A program made the translations under genes and the position numbers. Shown one piece after another: positions 51,087 to 62,384 of a stretch of 64,000 nucleotides of DNA. The stretch is taken from assembly GCA_902617045.1 (NCBI GenBank), contig CACMVA010000002.1, positions 100,014 through 164,013 of the forward strand, in the 5' to 3' direction. Position 1 is the stretch's first letter, and each line of letters opens with the position of its first letter. A model generated the notes under the pieces. That model saw nothing but the letters and a program-made list of their open reading frames with translations, had not been told where the DNA came from and made no database searches. This DNA is from an uncultured SAR86 cluster bacterium (lineage in GTDB: Bacteria > Pseudomonadota > Gammaproteobacteria > Magnimaribacterales > D2472).

Positions 51087-51466
51087 AAAAACAAATATCC
51101 AAAAAAAACTAGTGAAGTTGCTATCCATAAAACTATCATAAAAATAGATGAATAATATGCTCCATTTAGAGATTCACCTATATGAAAAAAATCCATAATT
51201 AAATGCCTAATACCGGTAAGTATGTGATACCAAAATATAGAAATACTTAAAAATATAAAAATAGAAAATGCAGAGATTGATGTAATTTCAATTATGAGTC
51301 TCTCAAAAGAAGCCTTTGAAGTTATTGATTGATCAATCATGTATAACATCAAAGGAAGTGTAATAAAAAAAACATACATGCCAGACAATCTGTGGGTTAT
51401 AGATGAAAAGGCAGACATAGGCAGTCTGATTTTTGTTAAATCTAGATATACTGGTCGTTCTTGCAT
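51083..51466 (-). CDS. sdhC: succinate dehydrogenase cytochrome b556 subunit
   Basis: 127 aa with 3 TM segments and the SITHRLSG heme-ligand motif. It is the first gene of sdhCDAB. Confidence 0.8.
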   Translation of the reverse strand: MQERPVYLDLTKIRLPMSAFSSITHRLSGMYVFFITLPLMLYMIDQSITSKASFERLIIEITSISAFSIFIFLSISIFWYHILTGIRHLIMDFFHIGESLNGAYYSSIFMIVLWIATSLVFFGYLFL

Positions 51467-51549
51467 CGTGTGCTAAATTATAAATATAAATAATTTATTA
51501 TTAGGTTGAATTATAACGCAGATTTTTAGTTCAAATTGATAATTAGAGA

Positions 51550-52935
51550 TTACTTTTTTGATTTTTTGATATGCTTTATCAATCGTTTTCTTTTTTTTAC
51601 CTGTCTTTCTGAAAGTTTATTTTTTTTACCCTCATAGGGATTATCAGATTTTCTGAAAATAATTTTAAGCTGAATGCTTTTTAAATCTAGTTCAGTCCTG
51701 AAGCAGTTTTCTAAATATTTACGATAATTTTTTGGTATTTTTTTATCTTGATTGGAATGAATAATAAAAGTTGTTGGATGAATTCCTCCAAAATGGACGT
51801 GCTTAAATTTAATTTGTCTACCAGATATTGATGGAGGAGGATTTGTTGTTATAAATTTTTCTAATAATTTATTAAGCATTGATGTCGTAAAATTTCTTTG
51901 AGATTTTTTTATAATCTTTTTGGCTAATTTAAAAACTCTATTAAAACCTTTCTTATTTAATGCGGATATTTCAACTTGTTCGATATTTCTTAGAAATTCA
52001 GATTGCATTTTTTTTGTAAGATATTTTATTTTCAATTCTTTTCTACTTACTAAATCAACTTTATTTAATGCAAAAAGCACTGGTTTTCCATTATCAATGA
52101 TCATGTTGAGTATTTTCATATCTTGGTCTACGACCCCGTCATCAATGTCACAAATGAAAATTACAATGTCGCTTTTATCAATAGCATGCATTGCTCTTAC
52201 AAATGAAAAATATTCAACTTTATGATTTCGTTTGTATCCTTTTCGAATACCAGCAGTATCAATTAAAATAAATTCTTCATTATTAAATATAAATGGAACG
52301 CTTATTGCGTCAATAGTTGTTCCTGCAATTTCGCTAACTATTAATCTGTCCTCATTTATTAAGTTATTTATAAAAGTTGATTTGCCAGCATTTGGCCTTC
52401 CAAGAATAGCGACTTTTTTACCCTCAGGAAATTCAATATGAGCTTTTGTAGATCTTTTTTCGAGCTCTAGCTTGATTTTATTTAAATTTTTTGAGTGTTC
52501 AGCACTAATTTCTAAATAGTTCTCAACTCCCTTCTTCTTAAGATCTTCTTTTATATGGCCATCAGATTTTTTGTCAATCTTATTAAGGATTGTGATGTAT
52601 TGTTTATTTAATTTTCTTAACTTTGAAATAATTTCAAAATCAAGATTACTCAAATTCTCTGAACTATCTAATAAAAATAAAACAATTTCTGACTCTTCAA
52701 CTGCTATCCAAGCTTGATTAGAAATTGCTTCTTTAATCTCATCAGTATCTTTTGCGATTCCTCCAGTATCAACCAATAAAGCTCTTTTATCTTTAAGTTT
52801 CAAAAAACCATAATTTCTATCTTTAGTGAGGCCGGGAAAATCTGAAACTATTGCGTCTCTTGAGTTTGTAAGTTTATTAAAAAGGGTTGATTTTCCTACG
52901 TTAGGCCGACCAATTATTGCTATTGAAGTAAACAT
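51550..52935 (-). CDS. der: ribosome-associated GTPase Der (EngA)
   Basis: Two tandem GTPase domains (GRPNVGKST and GRPNAGKST), a KH-like domain and a basic tail. Confidence 0.93.
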   Translation of the reverse strand: MFTSIAIIGRPNVGKSTLFNKLTNSRDAIVSDFPGLTKDRNYGFLKLKDKRALLVDTGGIAKDTDEIKEAISNQAWIAVEESEIVLFLLDSSENLSNLDFEIISKLRKLNKQYITILNKIDKKSDGHIKEDLKKKGVENYLEISAEHSKNLNKIKLELEKRSTKAHIEFPEGKKVAILGRPNAGKSTFINNLINEDRLIVSEIAGTTIDAISVPFIFNNEEFILIDTAGIRKGYKRNHKVEYFSFVRAMHAIDKSDIVIFICDIDDGVVDQDMKILNMIIDNGKPVLFALNKVDLVSRKELKIKYLTKKMQSEFLRNIEQVEISALNKKGFNRVFKLAKKIIKKSQRNFTTSMLNKLLEKFITTNPPPSISGRQIKFKHVHFGGIHPTTFIIHSNQDKKIPKNYRKYLENCFRTELDLKSIQLKIIFRKSDNPYEGKKNKLSERQVKKRKRLIKHIKKSKK

Positions 52936-52949
52936 TTTTAAAATTCATT

Positions 52950-54122
52950 TTATATATTTATTGAATGAAGGTTGAACGCTTCATCTATTATATATAGGCT
53001 GTCACTTCTGCTTAATATTGATTTAATTGGTTTTCTTGAGATTTTTTTTCTGCCAATAGTTTTTCCATTTAATGTGTCGATTACATGAACATATCCCTCA
53101 AAATCTCCAACAACAAGACTACCCTTATAACTAACAGCATTTGATAAATCTCTGTTTATATAATCTTCATTAGTCCATGATTCTTGCAATGTCTTAAGCG
53201 CAAAACTTCTTAAACCAGAATTCGCTTCTACAATTGTTAACATTCCTCTGGAAACAATCGGGGAATAAAATGATGAGGTCTCATAACTCCACACTGACCT
53301 TTTTTGAGCAGTATCAAAAATATTTAAATTACCTTGATAGTTTGTGGTATAAATCAATCCTCCATCTACTACAGGACTGCTATCAGAATCTATAAGGTTC
53401 TCTAATTCTGAAACTCCTTTCACATATGAAATTGCACCATCCCATACTTGAAATCCAGAATTTAATTCAAATACACCCAACCTTCCATTATCAAATGAAA
53501 CATAGACAAGATCATCAACAATTACTGGGCTGCTACTTCCTCTTACCGTTAAAAGAGGTAATTTAGATCTATAGGACCATAAAATTTCGCCATTTTCTCT
53601 ATCAAGCCCTAAGAGTTCTCCAGAGCCAGTCTTAACAACTACAACTTTTGCATCAATTGCAACTTTGCTAAGTACTTCACCTTTTACATTAGTGGACCAT
53701 AATTTTGATCCATCATTTTGATCAACAGCAATTACATTTCCATCTATATCTGAGACAACTACTAAACCAAACCCAGCAGATGTCCCAGAAGCTAAAAAAT
53801 TAAGTTCAATAGACCAATTCCTATCTCCGGTGGATGCATTGATTGATGATACATTTCCAGAAGCATCACTAAAAAAAAGATTTTGTGCACTAAAGTCCGG
53901 TAAAAAATTACCGATTTCGTTTTCTCCTTTAAAGGAGTTTTTCCATTCAATAACAATATTTTTCTGATTTGAAAAAGCAACAAGTTCCTTTGGTTCATCT
54001 GGATCTATTTCGTCACTTTTCCAGAATCTTAATCCATCCATTGATGAACATGAGCTGATAATGAAAATAGAGCAAAGTACTATTAAGTTTTTGTATTTAA
54101 AAGATTTCATTTTACATATCAA
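52950..54122 (-). CDS. bamB: outer membrane protein assembly factor BamB
   Basis: Lipobox (IISSC) followed by PQQ-like beta-propeller repeats. Position between yfgM and der. The start may be Met5 (54110). Confidence 0.85.
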   Translation of the reverse strand: MICKMKSFKYKNLIVLCSIFIISSCSSMDGLRFWKSDEIDPDEPKELVAFSNQKNIVIEWKNSFKGENEIGNFLPDFSAQNLFFSDASGNVSSINASTGDRNWSIELNFLASGTSAGFGLVVVSDIDGNVIAVDQNDGSKLWSTNVKGEVLSKVAIDAKVVVVKTGSGELLGLDRENGEILWSYRSKLPLLTVRGSSSPVIVDDLVYVSFDNGRLGVFELNSGFQVWDGAISYVKGVSELENLIDSDSSPVVDGGLIYTTNYQGNLNIFDTAQKRSVWSYETSSFYSPIVSRGMLTIVEANSGLRSFALKTLQESWTNEDYINRDLSNAVSYKGSLVVGDFEGYVHVIDTLNGKTIGRKKISRKPIKSILSRSDSLYIIDEAFNLHSINI

Positions 54123-54756
54123 TGTTGGAAATCTTCATTGCAATAATAGTTTGTGAAGATTCATCAGAATATTTATTTGCAGCTTTTTCATATTGAGATA
54201 TTGCTAAGTCGATTTTACCTTGCTCAAGCAAAATATCTCCAGTTAGCTCATGAATATAGCCATTTGTGTCTGATGATGAATATAAATCAATCATTTCAAG
54301 AGCTTCATCATGTTTCTCTATCGAGAGAAGTATTCTTGAGGCACTTACCCTTGCAATTTTGTTATAAATTTTATTTCCATTAAATCCATTAGTTATTTCA
54401 ATGAGTTTATTAAAATTGTCTAGCGAATCCATATAGTTATTAGAATTTGCATCAAAATTTGCTTTACTAAGTAATGCTAATTGCGTATATCCAGTATTTT
54501 TATAATCATTTAAAAATTTATCTAGTAAATTATTTAGATTTTCGTTATTTGGATTTTCTTGAGATATTTCTCCAAGCCATTCTTTGTAGACTAAAGCTGC
54601 CTGCTCAGATTTCTTTTTTTCTATCTGATTATTTACAACAAAATAAGTAACAGCACCAAGAAGTATAACAGCCAACAAAATAAGTAAATTTTTATATTTA
54701 TCAATAAATTTTAAAAATGGAGCGAATCTCATTTCATTTTCGTATACGTTATTCAT
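54112..54756 (-). CDS. yfgM: YfgM-like TPR membrane-anchored protein
   Basis: 214 aa with one N-terminal TM segment and a TPR-like C-terminal domain. Synteny is hisS-yfgM-bamB. Confidence 0.65.
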   Translation of the reverse strand: MNNVYENEMRFAPFLKFIDKYKNLLILLAVILLGAVTYFVVNNQIEKKKSEQAALVYKEWLGEISQENPNNENLNNLLDKFLNDYKNTGYTQLALLSKANFDANSNNYMDSLDNFNKLIEITNGFNGNKIYNKIARVSASRILLSIEKHDEALEMIDLYSSSDTNGYIHELTGDILLEQGKIDLAISQYEKAANKYSDESSQTIIAMKISNIDM

Positions 54757-54764
54757 TTTTAGCT

Positions 54765-56033
54765 CTAACTTAAATTTTTAATAAAGTTTTCTATTTCGTT
54801 TAAATTCATAGTAGATTGATCTGAATCTTCTTTATTTAGTGGTTTTATAATCACTGTCTCTGATTCTATCTCATCGTCTCCTACTATGAACGCGTATGCA
54901 GCCCCATTCTTATTAGCCCTTCTCAATTTAGATTTTAAGCTTCCTTGAGATAATTGAACATCAATATCAATATTTTTGTTAATTGATCTAAGTTCGTGCG
55001 ATATTTTATATGCTTTTGCTTCAGAATTACTAGAAATAATTATGAAAGAAATTAAAGTTCTATTTTTATTTTCTTGATATGAAATGAGAGCAAGTCTTTC
55101 AATACCTATAGCCATTCCTATAGCTGGTAGATCTTTGCCTCCAAGTTGTGCACTCAAATTATCATATCTTCCACCGCCTAAGTATGCATCTTGAGCACCT
55201 AAATCTTCTGATATTGCCTCAAAAACAAAGCCAGTATAATAATCCAAGCCTCTAACTAAGTTGAAATCTATTTGAATTTCACATTTGTCAGAAAATAATT
55301 CCTGTATAGATTTTAATAACTCTTTTGAATTATCTTGCAGATAGTCTGAAATTGAGGGCGCCTTCTTCAAAATCTCTATAGTATTTGGATTTTTTGAGTC
55401 TAAAATTCTTAAAGGATTACTATCTAATCTTAATAGATCTTTTTCATCTAAATTAGATTTCATTGGTGTTAAATAATCTACAAGCGCCTTACAAAATAAT
55501 TTTTTCGTACTAGAGTCTCCAAGATGATTAATTTTTATGAGCGGTTTTCTTATTTGTAATTTTCTATTGAGTTCACATATCAGAGAAATCATTTCAAATT
55601 CTGGAGCACCTTCTGGATAACCCAAAATTTCTATTCCAGCCTGATTGAACTGTCTATATCTTCCTTTTTGAGGTCTTTCATATCTCCACATTGGCCCTAA
55701 GTACCATAACTTATGAGTTTCTCCATCTAATTTTTTTTCAATAATAGATCTCATAACACTAGCAGTTCCTTCAGGTCTCAATGTTATGCTTTTGTCATTT
55801 TTATCTGAGAAAGTATAGAGTTCTTTATTGACTATATCTGAAGTATCGCCTACAGATCTCTTAAAAAGGTTTGTATTTTCCAGAGCAGGTGTTCTGATTT
55901 CAGACATCGCATAATTAGTAAAAATTTCTTTCAATATTTTTTCGGTTTGAAATACTTTATTGGCTAACACATCCTCATCTGCCTTAGTCTCAATCAAATC
56001 AGTCATTCCTGTTAATGAATTAATCTTTTCCAT
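54765..56033 (-). CDS. hisS: histidine--tRNA ligase
   Basis: 422 aa with class II motifs (RPEGTASV, YRYERPQKGRYRQF). Confidence 0.95.
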   Translation of the reverse strand: MEKINSLTGMTDLIETKADEDVLANKVFQTEKILKEIFTNYAMSEIRTPALENTNLFKRSVGDTSDIVNKELYTFSDKNDKSITLRPEGTASVMRSIIEKKLDGETHKLWYLGPMWRYERPQKGRYRQFNQAGIEILGYPEGAPEFEMISLICELNRKLQIRKPLIKINHLGDSSTKKLFCKALVDYLTPMKSNLDEKDLLRLDSNPLRILDSKNPNTIEILKKAPSISDYLQDNSKELLKSIQELFSDKCEIQIDFNLVRGLDYYTGFVFEAISEDLGAQDAYLGGGRYDNLSAQLGGKDLPAIGMAIGIERLALISYQENKNRTLISFIIISSNSEAKAYKISHELRSINKNIDIDVQLSQGSLKSKLRRANKNGAAYAFIVGDDEIESETVIIKPLNKEDSDQSTMNLNEIENFIKNLS

Positions 56034-56034
56034 A

Positions 56035-57138
56035 TTAACTTCTCAGAATGATCTTTTCAGATTCAATTTTTTGTTTTGAGATTTTGGATCTCACCTGTTC
56101 TTCAAGCTCATCAACAAGATCCTCATTTGAAATTTTTTTGTTGGGAGTGCCGTCAATATACAGAAGATTATTAGGGCTTGCTCCAGTTAGTCCAATGGTT
56201 GCCGCCTTGCTTTCACCTGGACCATTTACGTAACAACCAATAATAGCAACCTCAATATCATCTGAAATATCCTCTAACCTTTGTTCAAGTTCGTTAACAA
56301 CTTCAATAACATTAAAATTTTGTCTTGAACAACTTGGACATGCAACAATTTTAACCCCTCTACTTCTTATGTTGAGGCTCTTCAATATATCCCATCCGAT
56401 TTTAATTTCATCTACAGGATCAGATGCTAGAGAAATTCGTATAGTGTCTCCAATTCCCTCTGACAGAAGCATCCCAATACCTATAGATGACTTTACCGTT
56501 CCAGCTCTGTAACTTCCAGCCTCAGTAATTCCTAGATGAAGAGGCTGATCAATTATATTTGAGATTTTTCTGTAAGCTTCTACTGTCATTTCAATATTTG
56601 ACGCCTTAAGACTCATTTTGTAATTTTCGAAGTTAAATTTATCTAAAATATCAACATGTCTAAGGGCAGACTCTACTAAAGCATCTGCATTTGGTTCACC
56701 ATATTTTTTTTGTAGGTCTTTTTCTAGTGAGCCAGCATTAACTCCTACCCTGATTGGAATATCATTATCAATTGCAGCACTTATAACTTCTTTTACTCTG
56801 TCTTCTTTTCCAATATTACCAGGATTTATTCGAAGACAATCTGCAGAATCTGCAACTTCTAGAGCTATTTTATAATCAAAATGAATATCAGCTACCAATG
56901 GAATATTTACTGCATTTTTGATCTTTTTAAATGCTTTTGCCTCTTCAAATCCTGGAACAGAGACTCTAACAATATCTGCGCCTGCTGCTTCAAGATCCTT
57001 AATTTGATTTATTGTTGAAACCTCATCACAGGTGTCTGTATTTGTCATAGATTGAATTGATATTGGATTATTGCCTCCAACAGGAACATTTCCAACCCAA
57101 ACGACTTTAGTTTTTTTTCTTTTGATCCAGTTACTCAT
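56035..57138 (-). CDS. ispG: 4-hydroxy-3-methylbut-2-en-1-yl diphosphate synthase
   Basis: 367 aa, GcpE family. Fe-S cysteines are in ACPSCSR and GCYVNGPGE. Confidence 0.95.
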   Translation of the reverse strand: MSNWIKRKKTKVVWVGNVPVGGNNPISIQSMTNTDTCDEVSTINQIKDLEAAGADIVRVSVPGFEEAKAFKKIKNAVNIPLVADIHFDYKIALEVADSADCLRINPGNIGKEDRVKEVISAAIDNDIPIRVGVNAGSLEKDLQKKYGEPNADALVESALRHVDILDKFNFENYKMSLKASNIEMTVEAYRKISNIIDQPLHLGITEAGSYRAGTVKSSIGIGMLLSEGIGDTIRISLASDPVDEIKIGWDILKSLNIRSRGVKIVACPSCSRQNFNVIEVVNELEQRLEDISDDIEVAIIGCYVNGPGESKAATIGLTGASPNNLLYIDGTPNKKISNEDLVDELEEQVRSKISKQKIESEKIILRS

Positions 57139-57870
57139 TTAAAAATTAATGGTATTTACCCCAGTTAGTCTATTAGCATTAGTCAAAAAATCTATTTCAG
57201 TATTATTATATGACCCTTTAACAAAATCAGCATTACCAACAATTATTTTAAAAGGTATTTCAATTTGGCGTTCATAAATATCTCCATTAGAAAATATCTG
57301 TGCCTCAATGAGCTCATTTTCAACATATAACTCAATCCAAGATTCTCCTGAAAATTCTAAAATTAGATTTTTATTTATGTTTTGTACATTGGTTAATGAG
57401 TGATTTTTTTGATTCACATTTTCTACAATTTCTGCAACATTATCGATATTGATATTTTCTTGTGGAATAACATCAGATTGTGGTTCAGTTTTAACTAAAT
57501 AATAAATTCCAAAAATTACCATTAAAGCTAAAGCAACAATTACATATAAATTATTAAAAATAAAATCAAAATTATTTTCAAAAGCAATCTCATTGGAAAT
57601 TTTCTTATGTTTTTTCTCTATTTTTTGATCAAAAAGACTTGGAAATTCTGGTGAAATTTTTAAAAAATTTTTGTATTTATTAAAATAAGCTTTTGCAAAT
57701 GATTCGCTTGGAAAGATACTATAATTTCCTTTTTCTATTGCTCTGATATAGTCTTTATTGATAAATAACTTTTCAGAAATTTCTTCAATTGTAAAACCAA
57801 TATTATTTCTTTTATCAGAAAATTTTTTTCCTGTTTTTACAGAACTAGCTGACTTTAATTCGTTACTCAT
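57139..57870 (-). CDS. rodZ: cytoskeleton protein RodZ
   Basis: N-terminal XRE-type HTH (FTIEEISEKLFINKDYIRAIEKGNY), one TM segment and a C-terminal domain. Synteny is rlmN-rodZ-ispG. Confidence 0.7.
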   Translation of the reverse strand: MSNELKSASSVKTGKKFSDKRNNIGFTIEEISEKLFINKDYIRAIEKGNYSIFPSESFAKAYFNKYKNFLKISPEFPSLFDQKIEKKHKKISNEIAFENNFDFIFNNLYVIVALALMVIFGIYYLVKTEPQSDVIPQENINIDNVAEIVENVNQKNHSLTNVQNINKNLILEFSGESWIELYVENELIEAQIFSNGDIYERQIEIPFKIIVGNADFVKGSYNNTEIDFLTNANRLTGVNTINF

Positions 57871-58943
57871 TGTATTGATCTATGCTTAATTAAATTCTTG
57901 CCCTTTATTGTATTTGAGAGCTCTCCAACTAATTGACCACAAGCAGCATCAACACCATCTCCCCTCGTGACTCTTAATGTTGTAATAAATCCTTTTTCTA
58001 TTAAATATTTTTTAAAAGATTTCATTGTACTTTCCTTTGATCGTCTGTAGTCAGAGCCATTAAAGCTGTTAAATGGTATTAAATTAATCTTGCATGAAAC
58101 ATTTGATAACAATACTGCTAGTTTTCTAGCATGATTAATTGAATCATTTACTCCATCTATCATTATATATTCCATAGTAATATTTTTTTTTGATTCGAAG
58201 TGACTTAAATAATCCTTACAGGCTTTGATTAATTGTTTTATAGGATATTTTTTATTGATTGGGACTATTTCATCTCTTAATTTATCATCAGGCGCATGAA
58301 GTGATATTGCAAGTGAAACATCAATATCTCTTGATAGTTTATTAATCTTTGGAACTATTCCAGAAGTGCTGATAGTTATTCTTTTTCTAGAAAGTCCATA
58401 TGAATTTTGATGTTTCATAATTTTAGCCGATTCTATAACAGCATCATAATTTAGAAGAGGTTCCCCCATGCCCATAAAAACTACATTTGTAATTGGTTTA
58501 TTGTTATTAAAGTTAGCTAACCACATTTGACCTATAATTTCATCACTACTTAAATCTTGATCAAAACCCTGAGCTCCTGTTGCGCAAAAAGTACACTGCA
58601 AAGCACAACCTGCTTGTGATGAAACACATAACGTTCTTCTATTTTTTTCAGGGATTATGACCATTTCAATAATTGAACCTGAATCGAGTTTTATTAGATA
58701 TTTTTTTGTGCCTTCATCAGAAATGTATTCTTTATAAATTTCGGGTGGTTTAATTATTGAGACAGAATTTAATTTCTTTCTTAGGTCTTTATTAAAATCT
58801 GTCATGTTGTCAAAATCTATGACGCCTTTTTGATGAATCCAGCTAAGCAATTGCTTTGCTCTATAATCGGGTTCACCTAGCTCAGAGAAAAAGCTTTTAA
58901 GCGACTCAAATGAGTAACCCAAAAGATTAATTTTTTTTGACAA
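57867..58943 (-). CDS. rlmN: 23S rRNA/tRNA adenine-C2 methyltransferase RlmN (radical SAM)
   Basis: 358 aa with the CxxxCxxC motif CALQCTFCATG. Confidence 0.92.
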   Translation of the reverse strand: MSKKINLLGYSFESLKSFFSELGEPDYRAKQLLSWIHQKGVIDFDNMTDFNKDLRKKLNSVSIIKPPEIYKEYISDEGTKKYLIKLDSGSIIEMVIIPEKNRRTLCVSSQAGCALQCTFCATGAQGFDQDLSSDEIIGQMWLANFNNNKPITNVVFMGMGEPLLNYDAVIESAKIMKHQNSYGLSRKRITISTSGIVPKINKLSRDIDVSLAISLHAPDDKLRDEIVPINKKYPIKQLIKACKDYLSHFESKKNITMEYIMIDGVNDSINHARKLAVLLSNVSCKINLIPFNSFNGSDYRRSKESTMKSFKKYLIEKGFITTLRVTRGDGVDAACGQLVGELSNTIKGKNLIKHRSIQ

Positions 58944-58944
58944 C

Positions 58945-59370
58945 TTATTTATTCAATATTTCTTCTGTATTAAAGAAATACTCAATCTCCCTTTTAGCAC
59001 TTTCAACAGAGTCTGATCCATGAACAGCGTTTGCATCAATGCTATTAGCAAAATCTGCTCTAATTGTTCCTGGAGCAGCTTCTTTAGGGTTAGTGCTACC
59101 CATCAAGTCTCTATTTTTTTGAACTGCATTTTCACCTTCTAATACTTGAACAAAAACTGGTCCTGAAGTCATGAATTTTTTTAGATCGTTAAAAAATGGT
59201 TTGCCTTCATGTTCAGCATAAAATCCCGATGCCATTTCATCTGACAAATGAACTAATTTACCCGCAACAAGATAAAGATTGTTTTCTTCAAATCTTGATA
59301 TTATTCTTCCAATTACATTTTTACCTACTGCATCTGGTTTAATAATTGAAAGTGTTCTCTCGATTGACAT
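58945..59370 (-). CDS. ndk: nucleoside diphosphate kinase
   Basis: 141 aa with the catalytic His in NAVHGSDS. Confidence 0.95.
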   Translation of the reverse strand: MSIERTLSIIKPDAVGKNVIGRIISRFEENNLYLVAGKLVHLSDEMASGFYAEHEGKPFFNDLKKFMTSGPVFVQVLEGENAVQKNRDLMGSTNPKEAAPGTIRADFANSIDANAVHGSDSVESAKREIEYFFNTEEILNK

Positions 59371-59410
59371 ATTAATATCCGTAAAAAAATAATTGACTAT
59401 TATATTAAAG

Positions 59411-59614
59411 TTATTGACTTTCTTCTATCCAATGCATTTGAATAGCTTCGAGAATTTTTTCGTTAGATTTTTCAGGATCTCCTACAAAATTATCAAGGTT
59501 ACAAATCTTTTTATGTAAATCAGGAAAGCTAATCCATTGGGGATCCATGTCAGGAAATCTATCATTTAGCTCAATTGCTATATCTAGAACATCAAGCCAA
59601 TCAAGATCTTGCAT
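59411..59614 (-). CDS. iscX: Fe-S assembly protein IscX
   Basis: 67-aa acidic protein at the last position of the isc operon, after fdx. Confidence 0.8.
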   Translation of the reverse strand: MQDLDWLDVLDIAIELNDRFPDMDPQWISFPDLHKKICNLDNFVGDPEKSNEKILEAIQMHWIEESQ

Positions 59615-59955
59615 TAATGATCTTCCGATACCATATTGATGTTGTATTTAGGTAACTCTATTTCGATCTCCTCATTATCTGGAGGAACAGCTTGGCAACT
59701 TAACCTTGATGTTTGCTCTAAGCCCCAAGCCTTATCAAGCAAATCTTCTTCTATATCACTTGCGTCTTCAAGTGTTTCAAAACCTTTTCTAACTATGCAA
59801 TGACAAGTTGTGCATGCGGCTGACATCTCACACGCATGCTCGATTTTGATATTATTTCTTAATGCTGCCTCACAAATTGTCTCTTTTGGTAAAGACTCTA
59901 TTTCAGCACCATTGGGGCATATTTCCTCGTGAGGCCATATCTTTATTTTAGCCAT
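59614..59955 (-). CDS. fdx: ISC-type [2Fe-2S] ferredoxin
   Basis: 113 aa with the cluster cysteines C-x5-C-x2-C (CEMSAACTTCHC) plus SCQ. Confidence 0.9.
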   Translation of the reverse strand: MAKIKIWPHEEICPNGAEIESLPKETICEAALRNNIKIEHACEMSAACTTCHCIVRKGFETLEDASDIEEDLLDKAWGLEQTSRLSCQAVPPDNEEIEIELPKYNINMVSEDH

Positions 59956-59958
59956 AAT

Positions 59959-60300
59959 CTAAAGTGTAAAACTTTCGCCACAACCGCAAACAGCTTTTGC
60001 ATTTGGGTTTATGAATTTAATACCTTGGTTAAGACCCTCATCAACGTAATCAACCATACTGCCTTTCAAAAAAGAAAAGCTGTTTGAATCAATAAAAATT
60101 TTAAAGCCGCCTTTCTCATAAGTTATAAAATCATCAATAATGTCATCAACAAAATCAAAAGTGTATTCATAACCTGAACATCCTGCCTCTTTAATGCCTA
60201 ATTTGATACCTATACCCTTTCCTCTTTCCTTTAATACTTTTGAAAAATGCTCAATCGCACTATCTGAAAAGTTTAGATCTGTGGAATTAAATGTTTCCAT
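59959..60300 (-). CDS. iscA: Fe-S cluster assembly A-type carrier IscA
   Basis: 113 aa, HesB family. Cysteines are in GCSGY and the C-terminal CGCGESF. Confidence 0.85.
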   Translation of the reverse strand: METFNSTDLNFSDSAIEHFSKVLKERGKGIGIKLGIKEAGCSGYEYTFDFVDDIIDDFITYEKGGFKIFIDSNSFSFLKGSMVDYVDEGLNQGIKFINPNAKAVCGCGESFTL

Positions 60301-60307
60301 AACTTAT

Positions 60308-60712
60308 TTATTGTTTTGCTTCGTAATCCTCAATTGCCTGCCTAATTGAATCCTCTGCAAGGACAGAACAATGGATTTTTATTGGTGGTAACTCTAAAGC
60401 CTCAACAATTTCTACGTTCTTGATTGCTTTTGCTTCTTCTAGAGTCTTACCAATTAGCATTTCAACAAGTTCGCTTGATGATGCTATAGCAGATCCACAG
60501 CCATATGTTTTGAATTTCACATCCTTGATTACATGAGTATTGCCTTTTGGTTCACACTTGATTTGCAACTTCATAACATCACCACACGCTGGCGCTCCAA
60601 CCATACCTGTTCCAACATTTGCATCTTTTGGATCAAATCTTCCTACTTTAAATGCTTCAGGGTTATTTAATGTATTTTCAAATTTTTCTACTACTTTTTT
60701 ACTATATGCCAT
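60308..60712 (-). CDS. iscU: Fe-S cluster scaffold IscU
   Basis: 134 aa with the motifs GAPACGD, YGCGSAIASSS and KIHCSVLAEDS. Confidence 0.95.
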   Translation of the reverse strand: MAYSKKVVEKFENTLNNPEAFKVGRFDPKDANVGTGMVGAPACGDVMKLQIKCEPKGNTHVIKDVKFKTYGCGSAIASSSELVEMLIGKTLEEAKAIKNVEIVEALELPPIKIHCSVLAEDSIRQAIEDYEAKQ

Positions 60713-60721
60713 GTAGTTCTC

Positions 60722-61942
60722 CTAATGTGCGTTCCATTCAACTGTATCTAAATCAATTCCATCGAGATGCATTTCCCAAAGCGGGGAAAGCTCTCTGAGT
60801 CTTTGGACGACGTTGCCAAGAATATCTAATGTATTATTTACATCATCATCACTTGTAAATCTTCCAAAAGAAAACCTTATTGAGCTGTGAGCTAATTCAT
60901 CTTTTCTTCCCAAAGCTCTTAATACATATGAAGGTTCCAAACTAGCTGATGTACACGCAGAGCCAGATGAAACTGCAATGTCTTTTAATCCCATTATTAG
61001 AGACTCACCTTCAACAAAATTAAAACTTACATTTAAAATATTTGGAACTTTATTATTAAGATCACCATTAATATATACATGATCAATTTCTTTTACTTTG
61101 TCTAAAAATTTTTCATGATACTTAGAGATTTTTTTGTGATCTTCTTCCATTTCTTTATTTGCCAAGCGGAATGCTTCGCCCATACCGACGATTTGATGAG
61201 TTGCTAGAGTTCCAGATCTCATGCCTCTTTCATGACCACCTCCATGGATTAAAGCCTCAAGTCTAACCCTGGGTTTTCTTCTTACGTATAATGCGCCAAC
61301 ACCTTTTGGCCCATATGTTTTATGAGCAGAAAAGGACATAAGATCCACTGACATTTTTTCTAAGTCAATATTCACTTTTCCTGTACTCTGAGCAGCATCA
61401 ACATGAAAGAAAATTCCTTTATCTCTGGTAACATCACCAATCTTTGATATGTCATTGACTGTTCCGAGCTCATTATTAATATGCATAATTGATACTAGTA
61501 CAGTTGAATCCTTTATTGCTGCCTTCACTGCTTCTGGGCTTATGACACCTTTATCATCCGGATCGAGATAAGTAACTTCGAAACCTTCTCTTTCCAGTTG
61601 CCTGCATGGATCTAAAACTGCTTTATGTTCAATCTTTGAAGTAATAATATGGTTGCCCTTAGACTTATAAAATCTAGCAACGCCTTTTATAGCCAAATTG
61701 TCTGCTTCTGTTGCACCAGACGTCCAGACAACTTCTCTTGGATCACAATTGACTAAATTTGCAACATGAGATCTTGCTTCTTCAACAGCTTCATCAGCCT
61801 TCCATCCAAATCGATGTGAACGTGAAGCAGGATTTCCAAACTCTCCCTCAGGAGTCAAAAACTCCATCATTTTAGATGCTACTCTAGGGTCAACTGGGGT
61901 TGTTGATGCGTAGTCTAAATAAATTGTGGATTGTGTGCTCAT
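60722..61942 (-). CDS. iscS: cysteine desulfurase IscS
   Basis: 406 aa with the PLP Lys in [12 protein letters not shown] and the catalytic Cys loop SSGSACTS. Confidence 0.95.
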   Translation of the reverse strand: MSTQSTIYLDYASTTPVDPRVASKMMEFLTPEGEFGNPASRSHRFGWKADEAVEEARSHVANLVNCDPREVVWTSGATEADNLAIKGVARFYKSKGNHIITSKIEHKAVLDPCRQLEREGFEVTYLDPDDKGVISPEAVKAAIKDSTVLVSIMHINNELGTVNDISKIGDVTRDKGIFFHVDAAQSTGKVNIDLEKMSVDLMSFSAHKTYGPKGVGALYVRRKPRVRLEALIHGGGHERGMRSGTLATHQIVGMGEAFRLANKEMEEDHKKISKYHEKFLDKVKEIDHVYINGDLNNKVPNILNVSFNFVEGESLIMGLKDIAVSSGSACTSASLEPSYVLRALGRKDELAHSSIRFSFGRFTSDDDVNNTLDILGNVVQRLRELSPLWEMHLDGIDLDTVEWNAH

Positions 61943-62377
61943 CTAATTTATCTCTTTAACCTTAATATATGGACTATTATTAGTTTCTACAAGGCTCTCT
62001 ATTGTTATTTTTTCTAAATAATCTTCAACAACGATATTTAACTCATGCCATAAATCGTGAGTACTGCACTTTTTACCATTGTGGCATGCAGAAGTTCCTG
62101 AACATTTCGTAGCATCAAGCACCTCATCAACGGCATGCATGACCTCTTTTATTGAAATACTTGATGGATCTTTAGCGTATAAATATCCACCATTTCTTCC
62201 TCTTATACTCTTAACGATGCCAGCAATCCTCAGCTTCCTGAATATCTGCTCAAGATAAGTTAATTCAATATTTTGATTTGCTGAAATATCACTCAAGGAA
62301 ACTGGTCCTGAGACCTGCAAAAAACTTAATTCTGTAAGTGCGCTAACAGCATATCTACTTTTTGTAGTAAGTCTCAC
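61943..62377 (-). CDS. iscR: Fe-S cluster-sensing transcriptional regulator IscR
   Basis: 144 aa with a GTG start. The Rrf2 HTH N-terminus is (M)[10 protein letters not shown], and the cluster ligands are C-x6-C-x5-C-x2-H ([17 protein letters not shown]). Confidence 0.9.
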   Translation of the reverse strand: MRLTTKSRYAVSALTELSFLQVSGPVSLSDISANQNIELTYLEQIFRKLRIAGIVKSIRGRNGGYLYAKDPSSISIKEVMHAVDEVLDATKCSGTSACHNGKKCSTHDLWHELNIVVEDYLEKITIESLVETNNSPYIKVKEIN

Positions 62378-62384
62378 GGAGTGA

